Shown here one piece after another: positions 62,493 through 64,000 of a stretch of 64,000 nt of DNA (its first letter is position 1; each line of letters opens with the position of its first letter). Both the position numbers and the translations under genes were made by a program. This stretch comes from Sphyrna mokarran. Lineage: Eukaryota. The DNA lies in contig JAGIQG010000022.1 in assembly GCA_024679065.1 (NCBI GenBank), positions 5,952,001-6,016,000 on the forward strand, read 5' to 3'. The notes beneath the pieces were generated by a model, which saw only the letters and a program-made list of their open reading frames with translations, did no database searches and had not been told where the DNA came from.

Positions 62493-64000
62493 TAAAAAAA
62501 CTGGCCAAGCAAGCAACTTGGTTTCGTTTAAACCACTTTCAAAAAAACCAATCCTATCAGTTTTTGGAGTGCTACCAGCAATGAGTAATAAATACTCGGC
62601 CTGCCAGAAAGACACATTCTCAGATTAAATTTGTGCAATATACAATTTACAAAGAAGCAAACACACTGCTTTATCAAATACACGCACGGTTTAACAGTGC
62701 ATAAATACACACACACACATACGCAGGGACACAAACTCTAGCAAAAACATATACATGTTAGGTACACAGAGTCAATTCTTCCCAAACAACAAATTACTCT
62801 GGAGTACAATGGCAGATGCAATGTGGGTAAAGGTAACGACGCAATCACACACAGCAGTTCTCAGCAGAAACTGTACATACAACTAGAATTAATAAACAGG
62901 AAAGTGAGCAGGCAGCTAGGGAGATGAAAAAGAATGAGAGAGATAAAAGAAAAGGAACTGAGTTGAACTGTGTCTAGAAGCAAAATTCAGGGAAGGTCAG
63001 ACTTGTGCGAATGTAAGGAAAGAATTGACTCTGGGTTTTTAACATATATATGTGAGTTTTTGCTAGGGTTTGTATGCATATATATCTGTGTGTTTATGCA
63101 ACTGTGCCTGTGTTTGAATATAGCAGTGTATTTGCTTCTTTGTAAATTGCATATTTGCTGTGATTGTGTATTTTTGGAATACGAGTGTGTCTCAAGATGA
63201 GAGTGAGCCTGCACATATTTTATAATTAATGTGAGATGTAATTCATTCATTCATTCAAGTGTAGCTCTGCCTGAAGGAAGGTCATTGGCTCATTTTTTGC
63301 TAATGTTTCATCCTGATCCATTTCCTTGGCAGTTTCTTGCCTTCCACTCGTGAGATACATTGTGCTAAAATAGGTTAGTAAGTATAGGCTGCGAGTTAGT
63401 GTACATGCAAATGAATTTCTGAGTAGTATGTCACTGTGTGCGTAATGTCCAGTGTCTAAATGATGTGGACAGGATATGACTGCAAATAGTGCACGCACAT
63501 GTGAAAACGCAATGTCGGTGTAAATGATATGGTGAGTGAGTGAGTGTAAATAGTGGTCACGGTGTGTAAATAATGCTGTGCCTGAGAGTATATATAATAG
63601 ACAATCATTGTGAAAATAATGTAGACATGGCGTATATAAAAATATTCTACTGTGGATGTAAATAGCAATATTAAATAGTTTATATGCTGTGAATCCGCAT
63701 TAATAAGGCAGTGAGTAAATGATAGTTTGCGAAACAGCACGTGTGTAAATAATGTAGATGGAATTTGAGTATAAACAGAGTGGATCCCACGCGAAAGTAA
63801 ACAGAGAAAATGTGGAGGTGATGCAGATAAATGTAAGCATTGCCGGTAAATTCTGTGTAAATAGTGTACCTGGAGACAGAAACCTTTGATTACAGTATTG
63901 TCCAGGCAGATCCCAGAGGGATTTTGATTGTGTTCAGAGGGAAATGATTCTCTGATCGGAGTGAGATTTTTCAAGTGGATTACATTGACCGGACTCTCTG

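Overview
Eukaryotic (vertebrate) genomic DNA, almost certainly from a shark or other elasmobranch, judged by HE1/V-SINE, Deu-type SINE, CR1, L2, Rex/Babar and Penelope-type repeat remnants. The only protein-coding gene I can support is a complete 7-exon TBX2 on the + strand (CDS 41785-53926, 2118 nt spliced, 705 aa, all introns GT-AG with consistent phases). Around it lies a CpG-rich regulatory landscape with candidate enhancers, several minisatellites and one assembly gap (20401-20543). Most notable observations: (1) Penelope-type terminal repeats contain decayed minimal hammerhead ribozymes, and two subfamilies differ by the compensatory core change C3-G8 versus U3-A8; (2) a ~210 bp near-perfect inverted duplication has been copied into an old CR1 fragment, with a second fold-back hairpin nearby; (3) short uORFs precede TBX2, one overlapping a weak first ATG; (4) the shark TBX2 protein keeps TBX3-like segments; (5) repeat copies may record a hypomethylated domain through CpG retention. 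Repeat family names and comparisons with mammalian sequences come from recalled motifs, not database searches, and repeat boundaries are approximate.
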